Origin: Epiperipatus broadwayi
Lineage: Eukaryota > Animalia > Onychophora
NCBI GenBank assembly: GCA_028023455.1
Contig: JAQFVV010000006.1
Coordinates: forward strand, 2,356,001 to 2,420,000
Length of the DNA stretch: 64,000 nucleotides
Reading direction: 5' to 3'
In this document: one piece after another, positions 12,286-25,199 of the stretch
Layout of the letters: the number at the start of each line of letters is the position of its first letter
Numbering within the stretch: the first letter of the stretch is position 1
The notes under the pieces: model-generated
Databases searched by the model: none
Told to the model about the DNA's origin: nothing
The model's input: only the letters and a program-made list of their open reading frames with translations
Position numbers and translations under genes: made by a program

Positions 12286-13470
12286 TATTGGCTGAGTAGG
12301 CACTAGATGGGGATTTTATGCACAAGCCTTCTGGCATCCATTGATTAGCTTGCTGTGTGTGGCAATACTTATAGTGAGTTTTGCCTGTTTTAACAACATT
12401 AGATATATTGAACTCTGGGAAGAGTTGATATATACTAAACAAGTTATCATATAACTTCTCCCCTGCTTAAATTGTAGCTTTTGCATGGATGTGTGCTATC
12501 ATTTCATGTCTCAATGGCACTAGAGTCTGATAAGTAGAGTGGATTATTGCTCCAATGCAAATAGGTCTAGTCGTAAACTATTTTGACAACAAATCAAAGG
12601 TGTCCATATTCAGCACATTGTTGAGGTTTTCTAATAAACTACATTGGGTAGAGATTGCATTGAGTACTAACTTCTGAGTCTAAATTAGCAAGCTGGATTG
12701 GATTTAAAAAATTGTAGAGTATTTCAGTTTTAGATTATATGAAAGAAATTAAATGGATTTTTATATAGCCAAAGCCTTTCGATATGTGTCATTAACAGGT
12801 ATGCCCACTATTGACTAGGGCATAAATGTCCTGGTTAATTAGGATTAATGTTGATGCATTAAGTCTAAATACAAAGAATACAATTGTAGTATAATGCAGT
12901 TTTATCAATTGTGTGGGAATGGCGAGAGGTGCCATTATTCTGCAAGCATTGAACTCATTATTTTTTTTTTCTGATTTTAAAATGGATAAAGTAAATATTT
13001 AGACCAAAAAGTCCTTTGAAACAAGTACATATTAAATTGTTGCTAATTTTCTTCTTTTTTGAGCCATTCTAATATCTGATAATTAATGAATATACTCACA
13101 AAAAAATGTAGTTTTTTAATATTTAACTTTATTACTGCCTAACATGCTTTCATTGTATTTACTATATCAAATTTGTGGCATATAAGTAGTGTGATTATAA
13201 ATAATTTATGAAAAAAATAAATATATGGATTCAAACAGTCTTTCTGTAGCCATAACATTGAAATTCAATAATAAAGTTATAACACGGTTTAGTACAATAG
13301 ATGATTAAAGACATCAAGGGTGAGAGGTTCCTAGACTGTAATTTAATCTTCAGCTTCTGGTACATGATTATAAGAAGGACAAATATTTCAATATCATTTT
13401 TTACCATTATTAAAAACAAAAAAATATATATGTAAACATCTTCATAAATACATAAGTGCCACTAAAGTAT

Positions 13471-13626
13471 GAGATCTGGCCACCAGATAGACACTCCAGT
13501 GATCAAAGACAAGACTACTCAATAAATAAAATGTACATTTTTCTAAGAGATCTGGTCACCAGATAGAGCTACACACCAGAAATCCAAGACAAGACTAATC
13601 AATAAATAAAATGTACATTTTTCTAA
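13471..13626 (+). repeat. Tandem pair of 76-80-bp units, each with an atctgg-nca-ccagat hairpin and an aataaa tail
   Basis: Two aligned units starting gagatctgg and ending aataaataaaatgtacatttttctaa. Confidence 0.8.
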
Positions 13627-15125
13627 TGCATAGAAATAATTTATTTAGAATCTTCAGTGATAAATGTAATTGATATAAATATGAAATTAATATCTTTAGC
13701 ATTGAATCTATTGAGAATGAATAATTCCTGTTTTTGTATTTTGTCTAGTAAATAAAAATGATTTTATTTAGAAAAAATATGAGCATGGCCATTCATAAGA
13801 AATTAATTGATGGTGATAAAGATATTGGCATTGATAAGAAATGCAATGCGAGCAAAAGGCTATACATGAAATGAAATTCTACTAGCGTTTTCTTTACGGC
13901 AAAGACCATATACAGTAAAACCATAAAATAAATGTTTTAGCAATGAATCCAAACGGAAATTCATACATTTTATTTGTTTTCTATTACATTTTTTTGTTCA
14001 TTACTATATAATATTTGGCTGTAGAAATGGTTTTACTGTTAACTGAAAGGTGTTTTTTAATTTCTCTTAGAAATTTTAAACCATGGTGGAAAGCTTTTTT
14101 TTTCTCCCAAGACCTTTTGAATATTTATATCATTCACAGGTCAAACAAAATTATCGAATTAAAATTTGACTGCTATATTTGATCAAAATTTAATTGATTT
14201 ATCTCAAATCATTGGGAGTGAATAATCTTTTCAACTTAAATCCAATTTCACTTTTAAATGAGGGCTACAATTCTTTTATAAGTTAAAGTAACATCATTAT
14301 TATTAATGACTGTTCCACATTTAATGACAACTTTTCCAATGCACAATGTAATTCTTCATATCATATTTATATTCTCCAATTTATTTTTATGCCCTGAATA
14401 GATTAATTCTACAGCAGTTAGGATACAGTTTTTATAAACTCTCCTTCAGAAAATGCATTCAAATTTTCTGCTTTGTTTTAAATGTAACTTGCTTTTCACA
14501 GAATTTTCTGTCTGGTTTGTTCTTTTTTATGTAACCTGACAGCCACGTGATGAAGCTTCTTTTCAAGTTTTCTACTTTAAGATTTTTTTTTCCCCAACAA
14601 TTTTATATATTGCCTCTTAATATCATGTTATTTTGCAACTGGAATATTTTTCAGTCATGTCAGACACATCATTTACTATTTCTTTCTATAAAAAGTTAAG
14701 CATCTATCTATTTCTTTTGAAATGCATGACTTTCTGTGTTAATTTTTCTAATCTTATTCGGTATAGCCATTCTAATAAAGAAAAGAGCAAAATAATAATA
14801 ATAAAACAAAGTAAAATTTTGGTTGCTAAAACTTATTGCTGTCTTGGCAGCATATTTTTTTTCCAACCTCTGTGCCACCTACTGTATGCTTTAGTAACTA
14901 ATAAATGTCAGAAAATAATGGTTAGTGACTTATGTGAGAGAATCATGTGACATTTTTTTGGTTTTATATTTAGGATAAAGATGCCTATGGTTGTTAAAAA
15001 ACTAATCACCCATTATACATATATATATGATCAATAGTTGGCGTTTTACCAAAAACACTGTCAAAGTGTAAGTTTGTTTACATAAATGTCAGAGTAAGCA
15101 TTCACTTTCTCTTTCATTAGTTCCA

Positions 15126-15170
15126 CCCTCAGATCATGATTTCAAGCTGATTTGCTATCATCAGTGAAGG
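15126..15170 (-). ncRNA. Minimal type I hammerhead ribozyme, monomer 1
   Basis: Minus strand: ccttca CTGATGA t agc aaatca gct t GAAA tcatga TC tgaggg. Confidence 0.85.
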
Positions 15171-15528
15171 ACAGGAATAAGAAACTAGATCTAAACACTA
15201 AACTCTGAGCATTTATGAAACAATTTCTATTCAGCTTGCAAGCGTGAATTTTTTAGACACATAATGTCTTCAAACTCAGCATAGCAAGCCAGATAGCTAT
15301 ATGGGTCTGATACCAGTTCAGTATCACCACATAGTAGAAGCCTCTGCAATATATATTATTGCAAGAAAACTTCAAAGGTACATTTATGAAAAACAAAAAA
15401 ACAAGTTAAACTTGCTAATGCTTGTATTTATGATCAATAGATGGCATTTTACCAAAAACACCGTCAAAGTGTAAGTTTGTTTACATGAATGTCAGAGTAA
15501 GCATTCACTACCTCTTTCATTAGTTCCA

Positions 15529-15573
15529 CTCTCAGATTATGATTTCAAGCTGATTTTCTATCATCAGTGAAGA
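15529..15573 (-). ncRNA. Hammerhead ribozyme, monomer 2, stems decayed
   Basis: Minus strand: tcttca CTGATGA taga aaatca gctt GAAA tcataa TC tgagag; core intact, mismatches in stems I-III. Confidence 0.65.
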
Positions 15574-16093
15574 ACAGGAATAAGAAACTAGATCTAAACA
15601 CTTAACTCTGAGCATTTATGAAACAATTTCTATTCAGCTTGCAAGCGTGAATTTTTTAGACACGTAATGTCTTCAAACTCAGCATAGCAAACCAGATAGC
15701 TACATGGGTCTGATCTCAGTTCAGCATCACCACATAGTAGAAGCCTCTGCAATATATATGATTGCAAGAAAACTTCAAAGATACATTTATGAAAAACAAA
15801 AAAACAAGTTAAACTTGCTAACGCTTGTATTTATGATCAATAGATGGTGTTTTACCAAAAACACCGTCAAAGCGTAAGTTTGTTTATATAAACGTTTTCT
15901 TGCAATGATATATGTTGCAGAGGCTTCTACTATGTGGTGATTCTCAACTGATATCAGACCCGTATAGCTATCTGGCTTGCTATGCTGAGTTTGAAGACAT
16001 TATGTGTCTAAAAAATTCATGCTTGCAAGCTGAATAGAAATTGTTTCATAAATGCTCAGAGTTTAGTGTTTAGATCTAGTTTCTTATTCCTGT

Positions 16094-16138
16094 CCTTCAC
16101 TGATGATAGCAAATCAGCTTGAAATCATGATCTGAGGG
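16094..16138 (+). ncRNA. Minimal type I hammerhead ribozyme, inverted monomer
   Basis: ccttca CTGATGA t agc aaatca gct t GAAA tcatga TC tgaggg; palindromic ATCATGAT stem III, AUC site. Confidence 0.85.
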
Positions 16139-16717
16139 TGGAACTAACGAAAGAGGTAGTGAATGCTTACTCTGACGTTTATGTAAACAAACTTACGCTT
16201 TGACAGTGTTTTTGGTAAAACGCCACCTATTGATCATAAATACAAGTATTAGCAAGTTTAACTTGTTTTTTTGTTTTTCATATATATATATTGTGCAGTT
16301 TTCAGATCTATTTGATTGTGCAAGAAAGTTAGCTTAGATTGGAAATATTTATATTTTTTCCAATTTGGGATATTTTGATCCTTTAAAAAGAGATTTTAGC
16401 TATCTTTGCAGAAAGGAATATGCATTAGATCTAAAGTTACAGGCTGTGTTCCAAGATCCAAAGCTTCTCTTTAATGAAAGTCATAAGCCTGAAACTAGTC
16501 TGTGGATACATGATAGAGTTTGTTGAGCACTATTATCTCGCATATCTATTAGTTATTAAAGCTTACCATAGATTGCATAATGATATGAAGGGAGACATAT
16601 GCTGTTGAAGATGAAAATTACTAATAATTTTAATATTTGTGTATATAAATATTGGTTACTAAATATGTAGTGTTGTTTATGGAGAAGCAAACTTCAAATA
16701 TGTATACCATATTAATG

Positions 16718-17571
16718 TAGGCAGTTCTATACTTTCGTACAATTCATTATTTCGTACTTTTGATTTTTATCAATATATATGGCAAAATAAGTGTTCTTTC
16801 ATGTAATAATTCTCCCTTTTTCATGGACTATTAGTCACTAGTCTCTCCCTACCTCTTGCATTAATCATGTCCATTTTCAACATCACAAATTCAGTCTTGA
16901 GCAGAGACATTTTGACTTAGCATGTATGTTGATAAGTTGTTCTTGTCAGTTTATGTTAGAACATGTGCAACCACTTTATGTACATTTCTGTTATGGTGAA
17001 ATAATTTACCCTTATTAATTCATAAACATCAATGAAAAATGAAAAAATGGCAGTGTTGGTACAGACAAAAAGAACTCAAGATCTCAATCTCCATACGATC
17101 ACAACTAGATGTTGAATCTTTTGCTTCAATTGATCATTTGTATAATTTAAGCCAATCGACAATATGTTCGGTTGTGAAAAATAAGAACAAAAGGAATATT
17201 TCCAAATTCATAAACTGTCAAATTAATCTTTATTATGCTTTTAAACTTTTTTTAATATTATTTGTCTAGATCTTACGTGTATATGATTGGGTCTCGCATC
17301 TATATACTGTATTTAGCCTCATATTCTCAATTAAAATAAAAAAAATTATAAGAAACATTTTTTTAAAGTATGAACATTTATTATATATTAAAAATTCTTG
17401 AACTTTTTAAAAAAAATAGAAACATAATACTTAAGTAGAAATATATATATATATATACATATATTTTGAAAATCCTTTTTTGATTTTTTTTTACATTGCT
17501 CTACTTTCATACATTTCAACTTTCATACACATTTTAAAAACCACTTAGGTACAAAAGTAGAAGTCTGCCTG
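16718..17571 (+). mobile_element. Tigger/pogo-derived non-autonomous DNA transposon
   Basis: TIRs (c/t)aggcag..ctactttyg-tac, TA at the right end, CENP-B-like HTH remnant (QKELKISISIRSQLDVESFASIDHLYNLSQSTICSVVKNK); second copy at 47457-48256. Confidence 0.75.
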
Positions 17572-18364
17572 TAATTTATGTCAAATTTATTAGAATTACT
17601 TTAATAAATGTACAAAGAATGTTTTCTTTCATTTCAATGTTAATTCATTACTCATATAAAAAGCAGATCACTTTTAATTCTTTCATAAGCAGTCTGAAAG
17701 CTAACATGACTGTTTACATCAAAAATAGCTATGTATTTCTGTCATTTTAAATCACACTTCTACAGCTATCTGTTTAAATAATTCTATAGATTTTTTTAAT
17801 GTTAAAAACTGAACTAACTAATGTTGATTTATTAGTTTGAAAATTTTGTGAAAGGGTTAATATTTTTCAGGCAGTTTAGGCAAGATCAAAAACTATCTCC
17901 CCACGTTTAATCTTTATCTCTACTTTTTGAATGGTTTTGTTTTTTTGCAATATAATTTCCATAGCATTTGCAAGATTACTTCAAGAAAATTTTTGGAATA
18001 ACAAAAAATTTGAAATATACTTAATTTATTAAATATTTTTGATTATTTTTACACATTAACTGTATAATAATTATTTAAAACCAAAAGAATATACATATAC
18101 ACTTTGATTTATTCATATATGTTTTTTTAAAATAAAAGTTAACAAATTTGACTGTATTCTTGACAAAAAAAACTACCGCAATTATAATGACTATGCCTTG
18201 TGATACTTTTCTTATACCGTCATTACTAATCATTACTGACACTATGTTTGAATCTTTTGATATATTCTAAAAAATTATAAAGCAATTTTAATATTTTAAA
18301 ACTGGATTGTATAAGATTATCAGAGATTAACATGCATTTATCTGCATTTAAAAAAAACTACTGA

Positions 18365-18458
18365 ACATCACATGATCCCCATCTTTTATACGAGCACATA
18401 ATTGATTACTCTGATTGGCACAGGCTGGCACTACTGTATGGAGTTTTGCCTTGTTTAA
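18365..18458. mobile_element. Short derivative of the 12 kb / 53 kb fold-back family (tail fused directly to an inverted arm)
   Basis: acatcacatgatccccatctttta tail followed by attgattactctgattggcacag...ggagttttgccttgtttaa, reverse complement of 53115-53170. Confidence 0.65.
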
Positions 18459-21102
18459 AAATAAATTTCAATGAAAGCAGATTTCATTGATTTTCTGAAG
18501 TCGCTCACTGAGATTAATATTCTGCCATTTGTTGAACAAAGAAAACATTCTTTTTTCATCACAAACTCATTTTTTCAATATTTGCAAAGTTCAAGTATGA
18601 TTTTTTAAGAATGTTTTTCATTTATAAATTTAAATGTGTAAGAAATTAAACCCAATTTTTGAGTTTTAGTATAAGATAAAGATTTTATACTGAAATCAAA
18701 GTTTGAATATTGACAAAAACTGCCACCAGGAGTAACAATAGAAAATGTCAATCTATTAATGAGATAATTTTCCATCTAATTATGAGGGTAATAAATAAAG
18801 TCTGACTTGTGAATTATTATTATTGTATGCACATTCATAGCTTCGGCAATTGTCAAAATGCTATGTGAGATTATTTCAATGCTAATTTAACAAAGTTTTA
18901 AAGAGTTTATTTTAATTAATTTTGGATTACATTATTCTAATGTGTTTGTTTTAAACTGTGTATTTTATATTGTTGAAACCATCTTAATTTTGAATTATTA
19001 ATTTTGTATTGCTCTATGTGGAATTTTTTCCTTGCACATTTGATCAGAGGCAAATTGAGGAAATTTTTATCTTAAGTTTCTTTCCTTCATATTTCCTCTC
19101 AATGTTTGCTCCTATTTAGAATTCAAAATTTTATTTAGATTCATCTCAAAACTGCATGTCAATATTGACTGTTGTCTTGGATAGCTGGTAAGGTTTTTTT
19201 AAGTATTTTTGTCAAGATATGTGAAACAATAATACAAGAATTAATTAAAAAATTAGACAATGAATATTTATCTTATTTCTAAAATTAATATTTTCATAAT
19301 CTAATATAAATATTGACACATGCACACAGTACCTTTTTAATCAGTAGATTAATTGTATATATTAAATTGCAATGCTTATTTATGCTAGCATATATATTTT
19401 CATTTGATACATTATTGGTTTTTTAAAATTAAATCCATCTTAGTTCTTTCTTCAGTATGTACATTCTTATTCTTGGGTATCTATATGATGTACAGATGAG
19501 ATTAGAAAATTCTCTTTATGTTTTTGTCAAATAAAAATTAAGAGTGGTATATTCCGAGATCAAACATTATGAGTAATGCCAAAATAATGGGATTGTGTAT
19601 ACAAGAATAAATGTGGTTTAAGCAGACATAATAGTAGTTTTCTGTTGCCGTAATCATTGGTTTTCATCATTATTATGTTACTCATTAGGGCTGACATTTG
19701 GTAGAAATAATATGGTAGATTAACCCAAATTTAGAAGCAATATGGCTTCAAGATATAGCCATGTATGTTATAATCATTTCTTAACAATAATGGTGTGTCA
19801 ATGCAATAGGAAGTAAATTTTAATAAGTGGTCAATATATAGTTGAATTATTTCTTATAACATTCCATTCAATTACATTTGACAGACCAGCATGCATTAAT
19901 CTTCTACCAGTGACAATAAAACATCACTATGTTCTGATACATTTGGTTCCCAACATGAGGCCTGCTGTGATATCTATATCAAATGCCTTTGAGATTTTTC
20001 CTTTTGTTAAAGAGAGACAAAAACTAATGAAAATGTAAAAGGTGGATGATATTTACTGGGGCAATATGTGATATCTATCAACTGGAATTCTATTGAAATG
20101 TTCACTTCTACAGTAACGATCATGAGACAATCTACCAACTCTCATTAATAGTATCATTTCTCCTTATCTATGGTAATTCCAAAATAACCTTGGACATATA
20201 CCCAGAAGTTTTATGTACAATGTCAGAAACCTGCTTACATTCAATTTTTTCAATACTATCTTACGGAAAAGAATGTATTGGGAAGACCTAGTGATAGATT
20301 TATTTTCTTAGTAGAAGTTTGAAACTTATCCTGTTGTGTTCTTTAAAGCCTTTAATGGATTCTAGTTGTTGTAATTATTATTCAGTTAAAATTATATATT
20401 TATAGCTAATTAAATTTTTTATATATTGTTAAAGATCTACTTGAGTATATATTTTTTAAAATATGACATACAATAGTATATAATACTTGCGGCAATAATA
20501 AAAAATAAAAATGAAGATGACTGCCATTTTAGCAATACACACTTGTGTGTATATATATATATGCAAATTTAGAAACATGCATAGAACAGTCCTTAAATAT
20601 CTCACCACAGAAGGTGCATCTAATAACTTAACTATCCCTTTCTTGAAATTTTTTATGTTAACTTGATTTAACAATAAATTTGCAATATTACATATCCATA
20701 ATTTCAATCAAACAGTTGGTTTTTCAATAGACCATGTAGTGTTTGAGCACCAAAAATATAACTTGATCTTTTATTCAGGAATTTTCAGCTTAACCTTTTA
20801 ATCAATCATTTTTGCTATTATACTAGGCCATTGATTTTATTTTTATTTTTAATGATGGATCTAGTGTATCATGGGATATGCTTTGCTTCAGTTTTAAATA
20901 CATCTTTGTGACTATCTTTTACAGTTATTTTGCTGATTTTACATTCATTTGGCAATAAAAATTAGAAGCAAAGTAAATATTAATTTATTAATTCAAGGAA
21001 AAAAAATCTGAAAACGTAATATCCCATAAAGAAAGACTGTATAATCCTAAATTGTCCATTTACTTTACTACTGTTACACAATGCTTTATTTACCACTCTT
21101 TT

Positions 21103-21149
21103 TACAGTTTACAGTTTTGATTGCCCCGGAAATCTTCTTCAGAACTTTA
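21103..21149 (-). ncRNA. Hammerhead ribozyme with G12A lesion (probably inactive)
   Basis: Minus strand: taaagtt CTGAAGA a gattt ccgggg caatc AAAA ctg TA aactgta. Confidence 0.65.
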
Positions 21150-21209
21150 TATCTTTTAGCCTCAAGTCTAAGTATTTTTTTTTAAATTTAGAGTTGAGAC
21201 TAGGAGATA

Positions 21210-21256
21210 TATAGTTCTGAAGAAGATTGCTGGGGCAATTGAAACTGTAAACTATA
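21210..21256 (+). ncRNA. Minimal type I hammerhead ribozyme
   Basis: tatagtt CTGAAGA a gattg ctgggg caatt GAAA ctg TA aactata; 7-bp stem I, 5-bp stem II, GUA site. Confidence 0.85.
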
Positions 21257-21373
21257 AAAAAGGGTTGTAAGTAAAGCAGTGTGTAACATTAGTAAAGTGA
21301 ATGAGCAATTTAGTATTATATGGTATACATTTGGCAATGCAATAAGAAAAAGTAGTTATTATACTTCTTATTA

Positions 21374-21481
21374 GTCAAGCATTGTTAGCCGAGAGGTTAT
21401 CGCAGCAGCCTTGCAAGCAAGTAGTTGGTTGCAGACAGTTGTGGGTTTGCATCTCGGCCGATGCTATGATATATGAGAAAA
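21374..21481 (+). mobile_element. tRNA-Gly-derived SINE (long variable-arm subfamily)
   Basis: gtcaagcattgttagccgagagg...gggtttgcatctcggccgatgctatga. Confidence 0.75.
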
Positions 21482-23089
21482 TTACTGATTGGTAGATTCT
21501 TTGATCTTGGGCATATAAAAAAATTTATAAACTTTTCGACAATGAGCAAGTTTATTCAAATGTTTATGATTATTTTTAGAAAATATTTATATAGTAATTA
21601 TTAAAATATTCATGTTTACCTTAGATTTTTAAAAATATGTTTCATTTTTAAAAATACAAGTTAAGAAATTTAATGTACCAATAGAAATGGAATTATGATT
21701 ATTATGTTCTGATAAACACTGTAGTATTCAAAATGAAATAATTTAATAAATATAAATGCAATTTTAAGTTTTACAATCGAATTTTATAGCTTTATAATGA
21801 TTTTATAATTATTCATTCATGTTTAAAAAATGAAACTGATTTAACAAAGATTTTAATTTCCTTTTTTTAAATTGTAGCATGATAATAAGAATTAAAAATA
21901 ATTATTCTCATTACATATTTTACATTACTATTTTTTATATATATTTGGAAAGTTTTCAACTATCATTTTTTAGCATGTTTTTCATTTGTAAACTTATATT
22001 TTTAATAAATCAAGTTCAGTTTATGCACTTTTAATATTAAAGGTTTTAACATTAAAACAAAATGTTGAAATAGTAACATATATTGCCACAAGGAGAAGGA
22101 TGGAAACATATTGAAATGCAGAATGATTACAAATACTCATTAATACTTTACGTTTTTAGAAGGAAAAAAAATTAAAAACAAAAGTAATTTTAAAAGTAAT
22201 GTATTGAGTTTTCAAATTAAAAATAAGAAAAATAAACCAAAATAAATAATCAAATGAAAGACTAAAATTGTTTTCTTTTTCTGGCAGTGATGTAACAAAA
22301 TTGTTTTTTTAAATAATAAATTTCCATTTATGATTACCACAAAAAATAATAATGACATTCTTGGAAGTAGGCTTTTTTTATTTAACGAGTTTAAAGTTTA
22401 AGTGTCGCTGCCACTGATTTGTTGAAATTAAAACTGTTTTGTCTTTTTTTTTTAATTATGGGAAAACCAAAAGGTTGATGTATATAAAAAAATTATCATT
22501 TTTTGTGGCTTGAGTTCATTTTTAAAATGGAATGTGGCATGTTAAAATCGGACAAAATTTCGATTTTTTATTAGTATTTTTATAATAAGTTCATTTAATT
22601 TTTATTTCTGCTCAGTTTACTAGATTGCATGAAGAAGACAAATGTACAATTTTGGTATTAGCCAGACTCGTTAATTCGTTAATAAAATGGATTCAACATG
22701 TCTCGATGATTTATAATTTCAAGGTCTTCATCCCGAAAATAAGTGTAAAATAGGTCATAAGTATTCAATTTTAATTTTTTTATTATTTGAATATTATTAT
22801 TTTGAATATTTTTATTATTTAAATATTATTTAATTTTTTTTATTATTTGATAAATGTATAATTTATTAATGTGTTTGCATTTGTATTAATGTGTCTGTGT
22901 AGTAAATAAATTATACTTGTATTCAAATATAATGAAAGTAATGATTTATGTACAATGTAATTTTGAGGCTTTGATCCAACTTTGAAGCAACCTTATTTTA
23001 TAAACATCATGATTCTCAAAAGGTTTAAGAATTTATTAGTGAGTTTATATTTGTATTTGTGTATTTGTACTTTCATGTCAATAATTTTA

Positions 23090-23650
23090 TGACAAATAAT
23101 GATTTTTTTATATAAAATTAAGATATGCAATGTAACTTTTACGACTGATTATCAGATGTACAGAAAGGTTGCAGTTGATAAAGCAATCATAAAATTAACT
23201 GGGCATAATAGAATGTGAAAATATAAACTCTTAAAATCAATAAAGAGAGGTTTCAAGTGGCATGTGGTGATAGCCACAATGGTTATGCATACCACATGGA
23301 AGTATATGCAGGCAAAGAATCAAATCCTGATTTTTGCTTATGCCTAGATATTCATGCTGTGGAGCCAGTAATTTGCCAAATCTTGCATTACATTATTTTC
23401 AAGTATATAGCTAGCAAATGAACTATATGCAAATAAATTAAATTTCTGTGAGACAATAAATATAGCAAGATAGTGTCACTAGTGTGCACAAAAAATATAA
23501 ACATCACTGGTGTACACAAAAAATATAAAATGAAGAGAGGAAACTCATTTGATCATTGATATAAGTAGTAGTTTTCAATTTCTAGTTTTGGATAGACAAG
23601 AAGTCAATTGCTATGATGACAAATGCATATTCACCTTCTGAAAATGATTT
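23090..23650 (+). pseudogene. Decayed piggyBac (PGBD4-like) transposase fragment
   Basis: Manual translation gives VAVDKAIIKLTGHNR..K..K.IKRGFK.W..DSHNGYAYHMEVYAGK, matching the piggyBac first-D region, with stops and frameshifts. Confidence 0.75.
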
Positions 23651-25199
23651 TTTTGTATCTTTTATTAGGGAGGGGGTCTTTTTCTCATAAAGGCCTTGAG
23701 ATTTTTTAACTTTTGGGGTAGACAATAAAAATGAAGAATTCTTATGTTATGACTGAAGCTATGGATTATCTCAGGTAAGAAGTATTATATATGATTTGAA
23801 TGAGAATTTTGTGAGGAATACAAAGAAATTATCAACGAAGATATAATTTTAATCTTAGTTAATGATAAATTAGAAATTATGAACAAACACTATGGTTATT
23901 GAAAAATTTTTTTCTTTGTTTTTTTAATGGTAATCACTATTTGTCTTTTTTCCTTAGTTTTTCTCTTTTCTGTCAATATATGGCATTTTACTCTAACATT
24001 ATTAAAACAGAAGTTATTGTGAAAATTGTGTCCCAAGTCAGTTTTTAAAAATTCAGTTTGTCACCAAATACCCTAATATAATTAACAAATGAGCTGTTTT
24101 TTTATTTAACAGTAGGTACTTTCTATTTGCCATTAGTAAATTTTCAATTAATTTATGTTAAAAAACATTTAAAAATGTAAAAAAAAATTGTACGTAAAAT
24201 TGCATTTTTTAATTTTTCAAAAGTCAAAACCAATTATATAAAAAACACATTATCAAGCATATTTAATATTTTTATAGGAGTGCAATTCTTGATCTCCTTG
24301 AATTGATATTTCATAGAAAAGTGCTGAATATGTAGAGCTAATATCCATCAAAATACCATTTTAATTTTACTTTTTGCTCCCAAAGGAATGCAATATCATA
24401 AAACACAAATGAAGAATTCTGAATCCAATTGCTATGCTGATACAAAATAACATTGCACTGTTTTGAACAATCAAGTCCACATATTAATGGCACAATATTA
24501 TGGAAGCAAAGTATTTTAGCTTGTTTTTCATTGATTCATTTATAGATTTCAAATTAAAACATTTTAATAGTGATAAGTTGGTAATTGTACTGATATTTTA
24601 ATATGTTGAACAGAATATGTAATCATATTCACGGTTACTTTGGCTTTAGCTCATCTTGGTGGCTATCTTTAATAGTATTTTTCCAGTTTTGTTTTCATTT
24701 GACAGCAAAAAGTGGAAATAATATTGATGTATTAATTGGAAAAAAATCTCAAGGTATCGCTATTGTACAGACTGCAAATGAATTGACAACCAACTAACAA
24801 CTTTACCAATTGATAATTATTTTTTGTCTCTGCGTGAGGGTGCTTGCAACAACTTTTGATCATACTCATTGTTTTGTTTTCGATTTTTCCAATGAAAATG
24901 TTTATTGTCTGTAGTTTTTTTTTACGTATTTATGATTTTTTTCACAAAGTATTGTATTTGTGTAATATTTATTGTTTTAGAAGAATAGTGTGATTAGATT
25001 CAACTTTATTCAAAAATGTTTATTTTTAAAAGAAGCCGAATTAAGAGAAGTCATAATATATGCCACAACTTCTAATTGGCTAAAAGAAAAAGGTCACATT
25101 CATATTGGCCATAACAGATTTGTTTTTACCATTTTTTTAAAGATTATAAATTAAATTTTAAATAGAATTTTATTATATGTAAGTAAAAAAAGGAAGTTT

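Larger units (their letters stand above)
12047..12394. mobile_element. Palindromic double-hammerhead element with 39-bp one-sided tail and 13-bp TSD
   Basis: Inverted arms 12086-12217 / 12233-12396 (right arm ~33 bp longer), 15-nt loop; TSD aacattagatata at 12034-12046 and 12395-12407. Confidence 0.85.
15027..16282. mobile_element. Retrozyme-like array: 2.15 head-to-tail copies of a 403-bp monomer joined to an inverted, circularly permuted monomer
   Basis: atgatcaatag starts at 15027, 15430 and 15833 (period 403); 15894-16282 is the reverse complement of 389 bp of the monomer; one hammerhead per monomer. Confidence 0.85.
21040..21320. repeat. Head-to-head palindrome (~130-bp arms) with a hammerhead in each arm
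   Basis: Arms align in reverse complement around gtattttttttttaaat; right side extends into tttggcaatgcaataagaaaa, also seen inverted at 5475-5500. Confidence 0.85.

Noticed and set aside
12071-12442. Two overlapping similar ORFs on opposite strands
   Set aside because: An artefact of the palindrome; non-coding
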